NCBI GenBank assembly: GCA_963676915.2
Contig: CAXXVK010000043.1
Span: 236,568 to 300,567 of the forward strand
Origin: Myxococcota bacterium
Lineage (GTDB): Bacteria; Myxococcota_A; SURF-8; G963663525
DNA: 64,000 nt
Direction of reading: 5' to 3'
Under the pieces are notes generated by a model. That model had not been told where the DNA came from. It saw only the letters and a list, made by a program, of their open reading frames with translations, and ran no database searches. Below are positions 9,063 through 19,110 of this stretch, one piece after another (the first letter of the stretch is position 1; the number at the start of each line of letters is the position of its first letter). The position numbers were made by a program, and so were the translations under genes.

Positions 9063-10151
9063 ATGACTTCGCAACAGCGACAACCTGTGTTCCGAGTAGC
9101 GGCAATTGGCTGCGGGAAGGTCTTCCGGCACCATCTCGATGCGTTATCGGAATGCCCTAACCTGCAACTCGTCGGAGTTTGCGACCGACAAAAAGAACGT
9201 GCCCAGGATGTCGCCGACAAAGTCGGAATCTCGGCTTACGACCGGATCGAAAACCTGTTGGACGCGCAACGGCCGGATATCGTTGCCGTGTTGACTCCTT
9301 CGGGGGATCATGTAGAAACGGCGCTAAAAGCCGTTGGACGTACGCAAGCCGTAGTGGTCGAAAAACCCATGGCTCTTTCCACTCGGGACGCCGACCGCCT
9401 GATTTACGCCTGCAAAGAGGCGGGAACCCGGCTGTTTGTCGTTAAGCCGCTGCGTTTCAGTCCACCTGTGACCGCTTTACGGCAGGCGTTGGAAGATGGC
9501 CGATTCGGTCGGATGGTTTCCGGCTCGATTCGGGTGTATTTCAAGCGTCCTGCCGAGTACTACCGCCGGGATTCCTGGCGTGGAACACTGGATCTTGATG
9601 GCGGAGTGATGGCCAATCAGGCCATACATTATATCGATTTGTTGCAATGGATGATGGGACCGGTGGCGGCGGTTCAAGCCTATCAAGCTCGGAGGCTTGC
9701 CGACACCGAAGCGCCCGACACGGGATGCGCCGTGCTGCGTTTCGAAAACGGTGCGCTGGGAACGATTGAAGCTACGACGGCGACGCGTCCTTTCGCTCTG
9801 GGTGGTTCGCTGACTCTACTTGGGGAAACCGGTTCGGTGGAGATCGAGGGTTTCGCCGCCGAGCGGCTGAAAACCTGGAATTTCACGAGGACTCAGCCCG
9901 GCGATGACGGTCTGTTCGAACGTGTGCGGCGAGAAGTCGAGATATCACCCGGCGGACATCGCGCCTTTTACCGGCACGTTGTCGAATGCCTTTCGACAGG
10001 TGGCGAAACGCTGCTTGCCGGGGAGGAAGGCCGAAAATCCGTGGCTCTTGTCGAAGCTATTGCGCGCTCTGCTTCCACGGGGCGGGAAGTTCGATTGCCG
10101 CCGATTACCGAAGAATTTCAACCTGCCGTTCGAGGCAAGCCTGCCGTTTAA
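9063..10151 (+). CDS. Gfo/Idh/MocA oxidoreductase (WlbA/WbpB-like nucleotide-sugar 3-dehydrogenase)
   Basis: IGCG Rossmann motif, EKPMA, WRGT..LDGGV..NQA.H.ID. Coupled to a DegT aminotransferase. Confidence 0.85.
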   Translation: MTSQQRQPVFRVAAIGCGKVFRHHLDALSECPNLQLVGVCDRQKERAQDVADKVGISAYDRIENLLDAQRPDIVAVLTPSGDHVETALKAVGRTQAVVVEKPMALSTRDADRLIYACKEAGTRLFVVKPLRFSPPVTALRQALEDGRFGRMVSGSIRVYFKRPAEYYRRDSWRGTLDLDGGVMANQAIHYIDLLQWMMGPVAAVQAYQARRLADTEAPDTGCAVLRFENGALGTIEATTATRPFALGGSLTLLGETGSVEIEGFAAERLKTWNFTRTQPGDDGLFERVRREVEISPGGHRAFYRHVVECLSTGGETLLAGEEGRKSVALVEAIARSASTGREVRLPPITEEFQPAVRGKPAV

Positions 10152-11284
10152 TGAAGGATTTGTCGATGACCGCACCCGTGATCCCCCTTGTCGATTTGAA
10201 AGCCCAATACGAAACGATCCGAAACGATATCGATCGTGCCATATCACGCACGGTCGCGAATTGTTCTTTCGTTTTAGGACCGGAAGTCGAGCGATTCGAG
10301 CAGGCGTTCGCCTCTTTTTGCGGCGTTCGGCACGCGATCGGTTGCGCCAACGGCACCGATGCGCTGGTCCTGGCTCTACATGCTTTAGGGATCGGTGAAG
10401 GGGACGAGGTGATCGTTCCGGCCTTTACCTTCGTTGCGACGGCGGAAGCCGTGCTTCGTACCGGAGCGCGTCCGGTATTCGCAGATGTGAACGAAAGGGA
10501 TTTGATTCTCGATGCCGAAACCGTTGAAAAAGCCTGGACCGAGCACACGCGGGCGGTGATCCCCGTCCATCTTTTCGGTCGTATGGCCGATGTAGATGTT
10601 TTGCAGGAAATGGCCGAAAAACGAGGGGCTTTGTTGATCGAGGATGCCGCTCAGGCGCATGGTGCAACCTGGAAAGATAGAAAAGCCGGTTCGATGGGGA
10701 AGGCTGGGTGCTTCAGTTTCTATCCCGGAAAAAATCTCGGGGCATATGGAGACGCTGGAGCTGTGGTCACGAATGACGACGATCTGGCGCACTGGCTCAA
10801 GAAAGCACGTAACCATGGACGCTCTACGAAAAACGGCCACGATTTTCCCGGGTGGAACAGTCGCTTGGACGGATTGCAGGCCGCCGTATTGAACGTCAAA
10901 CTTCCCCATTTGGATACCTGGAACGCCCGCCGGAGGGAACTGGCTGCCCGTTACGAAAAACGCTTGTTCGAAGTGCCGGGCGTTCGAACTCTAACCACGG
11001 CGAAGGACACCGTTCCGGCACCACATCACTGGGTGGTGCGTTTGCCGGATCGCGACCGGGTGGCGCGTCAACTTGCCGAGCGCGGCATAATGGCAGCGAT
11101 TCATTACCCGCGTCCGCTGCATCGTCTCCCGGCTTTTTCGGATGTCATCGCTTCGGATCTTTCTCTTCCCAACTGTGACCAGGCCGCTAGGGAGGTGCTT
11201 TCACTGCCTTTGTATCCCGAACTGGGCGAGGAAGGTGTAGACCGAGTCGTGAATGAATTGGCGACAGTACTTAAAGACCTATGA
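10151..11284 (+). CDS. DegT/DnrJ/EryC1/StrS sugar aminotransferase
   Basis: IPLVDL.AQY, EDAAQAHGA, SFYPGKNLGAYGDAG, NSRLD, LSLPLYP. Alternative start at 10166. Confidence 0.92.
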   Translation: MKDLSMTAPVIPLVDLKAQYETIRNDIDRAISRTVANCSFVLGPEVERFEQAFASFCGVRHAIGCANGTDALVLALHALGIGEGDEVIVPAFTFVATAEAVLRTGARPVFADVNERDLILDAETVEKAWTEHTRAVIPVHLFGRMADVDVLQEMAEKRGALLIEDAAQAHGATWKDRKAGSMGKAGCFSFYPGKNLGAYGDAGAVVTNDDDLAHWLKKARNHGRSTKNGHDFPGWNSRLDGLQAAVLNVKLPHLDTWNARRRELAARYEKRLFEVPGVRTLTTAKDTVPAPHHWVVRLPDRDRVARQLAERGIMAAIHYPRPLHRLPAFSDVIASDLSLPNCDQAAREVLSLPLYPELGEEGVDRVVNELATVLKDL

Positions 11285-11348
11285 GATAAAGAAAAAACTC
11301 CTGAAATATCAATCGGTTCAATGGAAAGGGTAGCGACTGTGATTGAAG

Positions 11349-12490
<1,142 letters not shown>

Positions 12491-12506
12491 ATAAAGATCA
12501 TACAAG

Positions 12507-12684
12507 GTCGGGTAAGTTTTTTGCCTGACACCCATCTGATGGTTCAGTATTGTAAACTGAACCAAAACGTTGAAGAGCAGGATTCAATCCTGCTCCATCG
12601 AGGACGAACCAAGGGAAATGACAGGAATCATGCTCTAGTAAAAGACAAAACCGAAGCGTCGGGCAAGAAATTTGCCCGACCTAC
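12507..12684. repeat. GTAG-type REP inverted pair, left copy interrupted by the IS110
   Basis: GTAG (11330-11333) rejoined to GTCGGGTAAG-TTTT-TTGCCTGAC (12507-12529) gives a REP hairpin. Inverted partner GTCGGGCAAGAAATTTGCCCGACCTAC at 12658-12684. Confidence 0.75.
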
Positions 12685-12688
12685 TAAT

Positions 12689-12721
12689 AAAAAAGCCGTC
12701 TCGGGATTCGAGACGGCTTTT
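12689..12721 (-). terminator. Rho-independent terminator (probably bidirectional)
   Basis: AAAAAAGCCGTCTCG-GGATT-CGAGACGGCTTTT just past the stop of the 12744 gene. Confidence 0.8.
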
Positions 12722-12743
12722 ATCATGAAATTTATCAGAAATT

Positions 12744-13877
12744 TTAGAAACTGACCGCGACTTCGCCCTGTACTCCTAAGGACGGCAGGTCTTCCCCAAT
12801 GATCGGAGCTACTGCGCTCAACCCGGCTTCGAATATCGTATGACGGAAGCGGTATCCGCCACCGACTTCGAGTTTATTGGTGGGGTGGACTTCACGATTG
12901 AGCCACGTTCGCATCTGGTCGGTCGTAGCGGCTTCCGCATCGTAGAACAGCATGGTGTACTCGGCGTGCAGACCTATGTAGTGAGTCATCTTTGCGCCGT
13001 CCTGGAAGCGCAATGCAGGCCAGGCTCGGGCGTAAACGCCGGGGATGTATTGGTCGTCGCCTTTCTTTTTCGCTTTCTGAACCAGCAGTTTCGGGGCCGC
13101 GTCGATTTCGAAGGTGAACCAGCTACTTGCATCGACGAACCACAGCAGGTGCAGCGAAAGGTCCAGCAGATCGGGTTTCATGCGGTCGTCCCGTCCGGTC
13201 TGACCTTCCAGAGCGCGTTGGTAAGGAATACGAATATCGATCGGCAGCGCCAAGGTGAACCAGGTCCAGTCGTTCTCAACCACTCGATATTTGGGCGTAA
13301 ACCGAATCGAAATCTTGTTCATGCCGTAGTCGTCGTAGTGAGTCTCGGTGCCGTCCGAACTCAAGGTGTTGTTGCGAGGATCGTTTGCCCGTTGCCATTC
13401 GGTGGCGATTTCCAAGGCCAAAAGTTTTTCACCAGGAGAGGCAAGTTGGAAAGCAAAGAAAAAGCTGTTGGTATCGGTCGTTACGAGGTTCGTCCGTAGC
13501 GTGTCCTGATTGGTCTCTTTATTCGTGGTGTAATAATTGATTTCCGCATCGTCGCCACGCTGAACGAGAAAGCCGAAGTGGGCGTGACTGTCCATGCGCG
13601 AATTGACTTTCTGGCCGAAAACCGGGCTGTACCGTCGGTTGAACCACTTTTCCTCCTGCGGAATATTTACGGCAGGCATCGACTGGCCAACGGCGGGAGT
13701 TTCGGACGCAACGGGCTTAGCGCCTTCCGCCGTATCGGTTTCGATTTCCGCTAATTGTTGTTCCATTTGTTTCATAAACGCTTCGTTTTCGTCCGTTTCT
13801 GTATTTTCCGCATTGGCGGGAAGGACGAACAACGTCACGATCATCAGTGCGCATCCAAGGTTACACAGCCATTTCAT
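12744..13877 (-). CDS. Putative outer-membrane beta-barrel protein
   Basis: Signal peptide ending ANA, alternating amphipathic strands, C-terminal Phe (EVAVSF). Confidence 0.6.
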   Translation of the reverse strand: MKWLCNLGCALMIVTLFVLPANAENTETDENEAFMKQMEQQLAEIETDTAEGAKPVASETPAVGQSMPAVNIPQEEKWFNRRYSPVFGQKVNSRMDSHAHFGFLVQRGDDAEINYYTTNKETNQDTLRTNLVTTDTNSFFFAFQLASPGEKLLALEIATEWQRANDPRNNTLSSDGTETHYDDYGMNKISIRFTPKYRVVENDWTWFTLALPIDIRIPYQRALEGQTGRDDRMKPDLLDLSLHLLWFVDASSWFTFEIDAAPKLLVQKAKKKGDDQYIPGVYARAWPALRFQDGAKMTHYIGLHAEYTMLFYDAEAATTDQMRTWLNREVHPTNKLEVGGGYRFRHTIFEAGLSAVAPIIGEDLPSLGVQGEVAVSF

Positions 13878-14104
13878 AAGGGCTTCTCCACATCGTTTTG
13901 ACGGATACAAAGACTGCTATCTAAGTACCCAAAGGAGGGAGCGGATGTCAAGAATTTTGTTATTTTTCAAGTAGTTAAAGCATACGAAACCCCGTTGAAA
14001 AACCTTGACTTGCCCAAATTCGTCATGGTATGAAACCAATGCTGGACCCAATCCAGAATAGGCTGATTTACCTTGCTTCCGCTTTGATTTTCGGAGGATT
14101 TCCT

Positions 14105-16036
14105 ATGAAATTTTCAGCAGTTTGGCTGGTTGCAGCCCTGCTTTGTCTCGTCGCTTCCCCCGTTTTTGCCCAGGATGGTGCATCAACCGACGACGGCTTT
14201 GCTCCTCCTGCAGAAAAAAACGATGGCTTCGAACCTCCTGCCTATCCCCCTGAAGGCCAGGAAGGCGAAATGCCCTCTGATGCTTTTGCCGTCGAGCCGA
14301 CCGAGGAACTTTCCCTCGACGACTTGGAGAAGCTGGAATCCCTGGAAAATGCGGAAGCCATCGAAAAGGAACAGCTCAACTTTTTCGAATTGAACGGCTA
14401 TTTCCGGGTGCGCGCCGACATGTTCCACAACCTGGACATGGGTGTTTACAATGAATTGCGTCCCTTGCGCGATCTCGGCACCGCCGATTCGGACTCAAAT
14501 CTCCGCGCCCAGGACGACACCATCGGCAGCGCCAACATGCGCTTGCGGCTGATGCCCACCTTGAACGTTTCGGAAGATATCCAGATTCATATGCAACTGG
14601 ACGTTTTCGACAATCTCGTGCTCGGTAGCACCCCGGATACCATCAACTGGACCCAGAACGGGCCGACGGCAACGGGTATTCAAGCCTTTTCCGCTTCTAC
14701 CGAACCCATGCGGCAAGGTGTCAACAGCACGAAAAACTCCGTTGAATTCAAGCGGGTATGGGCGCAGGTACGTACGCCCTTCGGTATCATTCGCTTCGGC
14801 CGGATGCCATCCCACTGGGGCTTGGGCATGTATGTCAACGACGGTAATGCCATCGACGCCGACTACGGCGACACCATCGACCGTATCCTGTTCGGTACGA
14901 AACTGATGGAGCATACCCTGTTCGTGTCCATGGACTTCCCCAACGAAGGACTTACCAACGAAGACAACTTCGAGTTCGGCGGTCAGGCCAAAGACGCCAC
15001 GCAGATGGACGACGTAAACCAGTGGGTGTTCGGCTTTGCCCGAAAGGACAACGACGTTCAGATCAAAGAACTGCTGGAAAGCGGTGAAGTCAGCGTAAAC
15101 TACGGATTGTACAATGTTTTCCGCTGGCAGTCCTACTCGATCGAGAACTGGGATATCGCCAACGAAAGCCACCTGCCCGCCGCAGGAAACTGGGCCAGTC
15201 GGGATGGTCTTCGTAACGATATGATCCGTCGGGACATGAATATTTATGTCGGTGACGTCTGGTTCCGTCTGTTGTACGAACACTTCCATATGGAATTGGA
15301 AGCCGCTTGGATTACGGGTTCTATGGATAACGCCACCGTCAGTCCTACCGACGTGGACAACGAGGGCATATCCATCGACCAATACGGTCTGGTCGTTCAG
15401 TTCGATTACAAATTCCTCAACGAATCCCTGTTCTTAGGCTTCGAATACGGACTGGCTTCGGGCGATCCCTACCCCGGAGACGATTATACCGAAGGCTTTG
15501 GCGTATATCCCAGCCAGGACAGCCAGTTCGGTTCCTACTATCGAACGAAAAACGGACCGGAAATCAACGATCGAGCGGTCACGAACTTCCGTTTCGACCG
15601 GGATTATCATGTGGACTTGATTCTGTTCCGGGAGATTCTCGGTTGCGTGACCGACGCCATGTACTTCAAGTGGATGTTCCAGTATCTGTTCACTCCCGAC
15701 ATCGGCTTCAAATTCGACCTGATTTATTCCCGTGCGATGGAAGCCGATTCCACGCCGAGCTACGACCATCAGACGCTCGAAAACAAGGACGACGCCCTGC
15801 CGATCAAACGTAAGACCGATCCGAACCTCGGTGTTGAGTTGGATCTCGACGTGTTCTACACCTCTGTGGATGGCTTCGGGATCGGATTGCAATACGGTGT
15901 CTTGTTCCCGTTGGGTGGTTTCGGATATTGGGATCCCAACCATTACAGCAATACGTATGGTCAGATCGTTCCTACCTGGTTCGAAGCTCCGGACGTAGCC
16001 CAGACGGTGCAATTACGGATGTTCGTGGAATTCTAA
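14105..16036 (+). CDS. Outer-membrane beta-barrel protein, TIGR04551-like
   Basis: Signal peptide ending VFA. Motifs FELNGYFRVR, ANMRLR, DNLVLGSTP, RFGRMPSHWGLG, NFRFDRDYHVDLILFREI. C-terminal Phe. RBS GGAGGA. Confidence 0.8.
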   Translation: MKFSAVWLVAALLCLVASPVFAQDGASTDDGFAPPAEKNDGFEPPAYPPEGQEGEMPSDAFAVEPTEELSLDDLEKLESLENAEAIEKEQLNFFELNGYFRVRADMFHNLDMGVYNELRPLRDLGTADSDSNLRAQDDTIGSANMRLRLMPTLNVSEDIQIHMQLDVFDNLVLGSTPDTINWTQNGPTATGIQAFSASTEPMRQGVNSTKNSVEFKRVWAQVRTPFGIIRFGRMPSHWGLGMYVNDGNAIDADYGDTIDRILFGTKLMEHTLFVSMDFPNEGLTNEDNFEFGGQAKDATQMDDVNQWVFGFARKDNDVQIKELLESGEVSVNYGLYNVFRWQSYSIENWDIANESHLPAAGNWASRDGLRNDMIRRDMNIYVGDVWFRLLYEHFHMELEAAWITGSMDNATVSPTDVDNEGISIDQYGLVVQFDYKFLNESLFLGFEYGLASGDPYPGDDYTEGFGVYPSQDSQFGSYYRTKNGPEINDRAVTNFRFDRDYHVDLILFREILGCVTDAMYFKWMFQYLFTPDIGFKFDLIYSRAMEADSTPSYDHQTLENKDDALPIKRKTDPNLGVELDLDVFYTSVDGFGIGLQYGVLFPLGGFGYWDPNHYSNTYGQIVPTWFEAPDVAQTVQLRMFVEF

Positions 16037-16055
16037 GAAAAGATCAATAACGAAC

Positions 16056-16091
16056 AAAGGCCGGAATTTCTTACTGAAATCCGGCCTTTTT
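16056..16091. terminator. Terminator between the beta-barrel gene and cheX
   Basis: AAAGGCCGGAATTTC-loop-GAAATCCGGCCTTTTT between convergent genes. Confidence 0.75.
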
Positions 16092-16112
16092 CTTTGCTTT
16101 CAAAATAAAAAA

Positions 16113-16577
16113 TCAGTCTTCGTCGGATTCCCTTCCCACGAAAAGAGTGAATTCCCCGACATCCGGCAGATCGAAAGCGATGGCGAATCGGTCGAGGTTT
16201 TCGGGAATGGATTCAATCGACGTATTGCCGGAGGTGGTGGAAGGGATCGTCAAGTCAAGTTGATGGTCCCGGAGAAATCCTTTGACGTTTCCCCCGATGA
16301 TGTTGATGACTTCTCCGATGGCGTCGCAGAGTTCTTCTTCTGTCACGGTTGATCCCTCTGCCAGAGTCGTTTCGACAATAATTTGGGCCGCTTCTCGGCT
16401 CAAGCATAAAGCGGTATGGATTTTCAGGTGTCCACCGACCAGATCCAGCGATGTGACGATGTGGGATGGATCGATTTCAAACGAGGCGTTAGGATCTTTT
16501 ACATCGGGTTCCACCTGCATCATGGTCATGAAGCAGTTTATCGTGGCTTGAATGAAAGGTCGTTTCAGGTCTTCCAT
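16113..16577 (-). CDS. cheX: Chemotaxis phosphatase CheX
   Basis: DAIGEVINIIGGN (E-x-x-N phosphatase motif) and LTIP. Last gene of the che operon. Confidence 0.85.
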   Translation of the reverse strand: MEDLKRPFIQATINCFMTMMQVEPDVKDPNASFEIDPSHIVTSLDLVGGHLKIHTALCLSREAAQIIVETTLAEGSTVTEEELCDAIGEVINIIGGNVKGFLRDHQLDLTIPSTTSGNTSIESIPENLDRFAIAFDLPDVGEFTLFVGRESDED

Positions 16578-16613
16578 GGTCGGGGATCTCCTTGGCCCGG
16601 TGATTGGTTGCAA

Positions 16614-16988
16614 TCAGGCTCCCATGCCCAGACATTCGGCGATTTTGCTGGCCAACTCTTCGGTGGTGAAAGGTTTCGTAATGTAATGTTGAGCGCCGGC
16701 TTTGATGGCTCGAACGATGCTTTGGCGTTCGGTGTCTGAGGTAACCATCATCACGGGGATGTGTTTCAATTTACTGTCTTGCTTGATTTTCGTAAGCAAG
16801 GTGAAGCCATCCATTACGGGCATGTTGATGTCGAGCGTGATTAGCTCGATACCCTCCGGATTGACTTGCAAAAACTCCAATGCCTGTAAACCGTTTTGAG
16901 CCTGAATCGTTTCGTATCCCAAAACGGCTGCGGCTTGCGAAATAAGTTTTCGCATCATGGAAGAGTCGTCTACTGCGAGCATTTTCAT
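16614..16988 (-). CDS. cheY: Response regulator CheY
   Basis: Stand-alone receiver domain: VDDS, LDINMPVMDG, MVT, KPF. Confidence 0.9.
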   Translation of the reverse strand: MKMLAVDDSSMMRKLISQAAAVLGYETIQAQNGLQALEFLQVNPEGIELITLDINMPVMDGFTLLTKIKQDSKLKHIPVMMVTSDTERQSIVRAIKAGAQHYITKPFTTEELASKIAECLGMGA

Positions 16989-17000
16989 CGTGTTCCCCTG

Positions 17001-17846
17001 TTACTGCAACCGATAATAGACAGCGGAATCATGGATATGGGTCTGAAAGGTTTCATTGTAGCCTCTCATTGTTTCTGCTGAACCCAGGAATAAATACCCG
17101 GGGGAGATCAGGCTTTTGGAGAGCTTATCAAAAAGTTCTCTTTTGAAGGAATCCGAGAAATAGATGGCAACGTTGCGGCATAGGATAACATCGAAACGGC
17201 CCAATCGTGCAAACTCTTTTTGCAAATTAAACTGTTCGAACGTCACCATTTTTCGCAATTCCTCGGAAATCACCCAAACCGGTCCTTGCTTCGTAAAATA
17301 GCGATTTGCATATTCTTCTCGCATTCCTCGATTCATCGAGATTCGGTTGTATCGGCCCGTTTTTGCAATGAACAGGGCCGAAGGGGAAATATCGGTAGCG
17401 TGAATCTGAAACTGGCCGGGATGTATTCCTTTAAAGGAGTTTTTTCGAACGGCCTGGTCGATCAACATGGCCAAGGAATACGGTTCTTGCCCCGTGGAAC
17501 AAGCGGCTGACCAGATTCGGACTTTGTACTTTTTGCCTTGGGACAAAAGGTCGATCATTTCCGGCAAAATCACTTCTTCAAAGACCTTGAACGGAGAATC
17601 GTCTCTAAACCACAGGGTCTCGTTCGTGGTCATGGCGTCGATGATTTTTTCGGTAAGTTTCGGATCGTTTTTTCTGACAATCAACTGATAAAACGATCCG
17701 AAATCTTCACAGCCGTTTTCCAGCATCAGAGTCGTCAGTCGGTTTTCGATAAGGTAGGATTTTTCCTCGCCCAATGAAATTCCGCACTGTTCCTCGATGT
17801 AGTCCCGTATGGGTTGGAATTCTTCTTTTTTCAAGGATACGCTCAT
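17001..17846 (-). CDS. cheR: Chemotaxis methyltransferase CheR
   Basis: TTNETLWFRD, WSAACSTGQEPYS, CRNVAIYF. Confidence 0.95.
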   Translation of the reverse strand: MSVSLKKEEFQPIRDYIEEQCGISLGEEKSYLIENRLTTLMLENGCEDFGSFYQLIVRKNDPKLTEKIIDAMTTNETLWFRDDSPFKVFEEVILPEMIDLLSQGKKYKVRIWSAACSTGQEPYSLAMLIDQAVRKNSFKGIHPGQFQIHATDISPSALFIAKTGRYNRISMNRGMREEYANRYFTKQGPVWVISEELRKMVTFEQFNLQKEFARLGRFDVILCRNVAIYFSDSFKRELFDKLSKSLISPGYLFLGSAETMRGYNETFQTHIHDSAVYYRLQ

Positions 17847-19078
17847 GGAACGTCTCCCGGATTTCGAACGAGTTGGGTGATTCGGTCTGCGATATCGCCC
17901 AGAGGCAGGCTTTCGTCGGAAAGTCCGGCACTGTCAATGGCTTGTGGCATACCGTACACGACACAGGTGTCTTCGCTTTGAGTCAAGCAATAACAGCCTT
18001 TCTTTTTGAGAGCTTGCACGCCGTTGAGACCATCCGCTCCCATGCCGGTCATGATCGTCGCCAGCACGTTGCCCCCATATTGAACCGCCATCGAGCGGAA
18101 CAGGACATCTACGGACGGACGGCAACTGTTTTCGGGCGGGTTCTCGTTCAAGCCGACCATATATTCCATCTTGCCGTTTTCCACTCTTTTTCGAATGGTC
18201 ATGTGTTTGCCACCCGGAGCCAGGTAAACGACGTTGGGTAGGATCGGACTATCTTCTTCAGCCTCACAGACCTTGATTTTCGATTTGTGGTTGAGGCTTT
18301 TTGCCAACGACGAAGTAAAAAGCGGAGGCATATGCTGAACGATCAAAACAGGGACACCAAGATTTTCCGGTAGTTTGGGAAGCAATTCGACCAGTGCGTT
18401 CGGACCGCCAGTGGAAATACCGATTCCCACCACTTCGAGTTTTTTCGGAATCGGGGCATAGGATAACCGGTGCCGATGAGGCTCCGCTGTAACGGGCGGT
18501 CGGGCAACGGCAGCGGGTCGAACGGGTTCGGGTTTCGGAGCTTTGGCTTTCGTGATTTTCCGGGTCTTTTCGAGAATGATTTTTCCCGATTCCTGAACCG
18601 CTGTGACTTTGCTCAGGATGATTTTTCCCGATTCTCTGATTTTTCGCAGATTTCGGCGGATGTTGAACTGTTTGATCAACCCGCCGAGTTGTCGGATCAA
18701 CTCATCCCGGTTTTGTTCCGGTGTGGCAAGACCCGGCTTGGTGATGAAGTCCAACGCGCCGCGTTCGAGTGCCTGCATGGTGATGTCGGCGGCGTCGAGG
18801 TTGATTCCACTGACCATCACCACACCGATATCCGGGTAACGACGAGCGATGCGCTCCATGGTTTCGAGACCGTTCATTACCGGCATTTCCACGTCCAGCA
18901 GGACGAAATCCACCGGAATCTGCTCGATTTTGGTCAGTGCGAGCTTGCCATGCGCAGCGACACCGACGACTTCGCATTCTCGAAAGGATTCCACCACTTC
19001 CCGAAGAATACGGCGATAGACCACAGAGTCATCAACAATAAGGATTTTCAACGGATCATTGGTCAACGTCGCCTCCAT
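17843..19078 (-). CDS. cheB: Chemotaxis methylesterase CheB
   Basis: Receiver domain plus GISTGGP, VQHMP, RPSVD, MTGMGADG. Confidence 0.95.
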   Translation of the reverse strand: MEATLTNDPLKILIVDDSVVYRRILREVVESFRECEVVGVAAHGKLALTKIEQIPVDFVLLDVEMPVMNGLETMERIARRYPDIGVVMVSGINLDAADITMQALERGALDFITKPGLATPEQNRDELIRQLGGLIKQFNIRRNLRKIRESGKIILSKVTAVQESGKIILEKTRKITKAKAPKPEPVRPAAVARPPVTAEPHRHRLSYAPIPKKLEVVGIGISTGGPNALVELLPKLPENLGVPVLIVQHMPPLFTSSLAKSLNHKSKIKVCEAEEDSPILPNVVYLAPGGKHMTIRKRVENGKMEYMVGLNENPPENSCRPSVDVLFRSMAVQYGGNVLATIMTGMGADGLNGVQALKKKGCYCLTQSEDTCVVYGMPQAIDSAGLSDESLPLGDIADRITQLVRNPGDVP

Positions 19079-19110
19079 GAGAAGGAAGGAGAACGGGAAA
19101 AATCAAGGAC

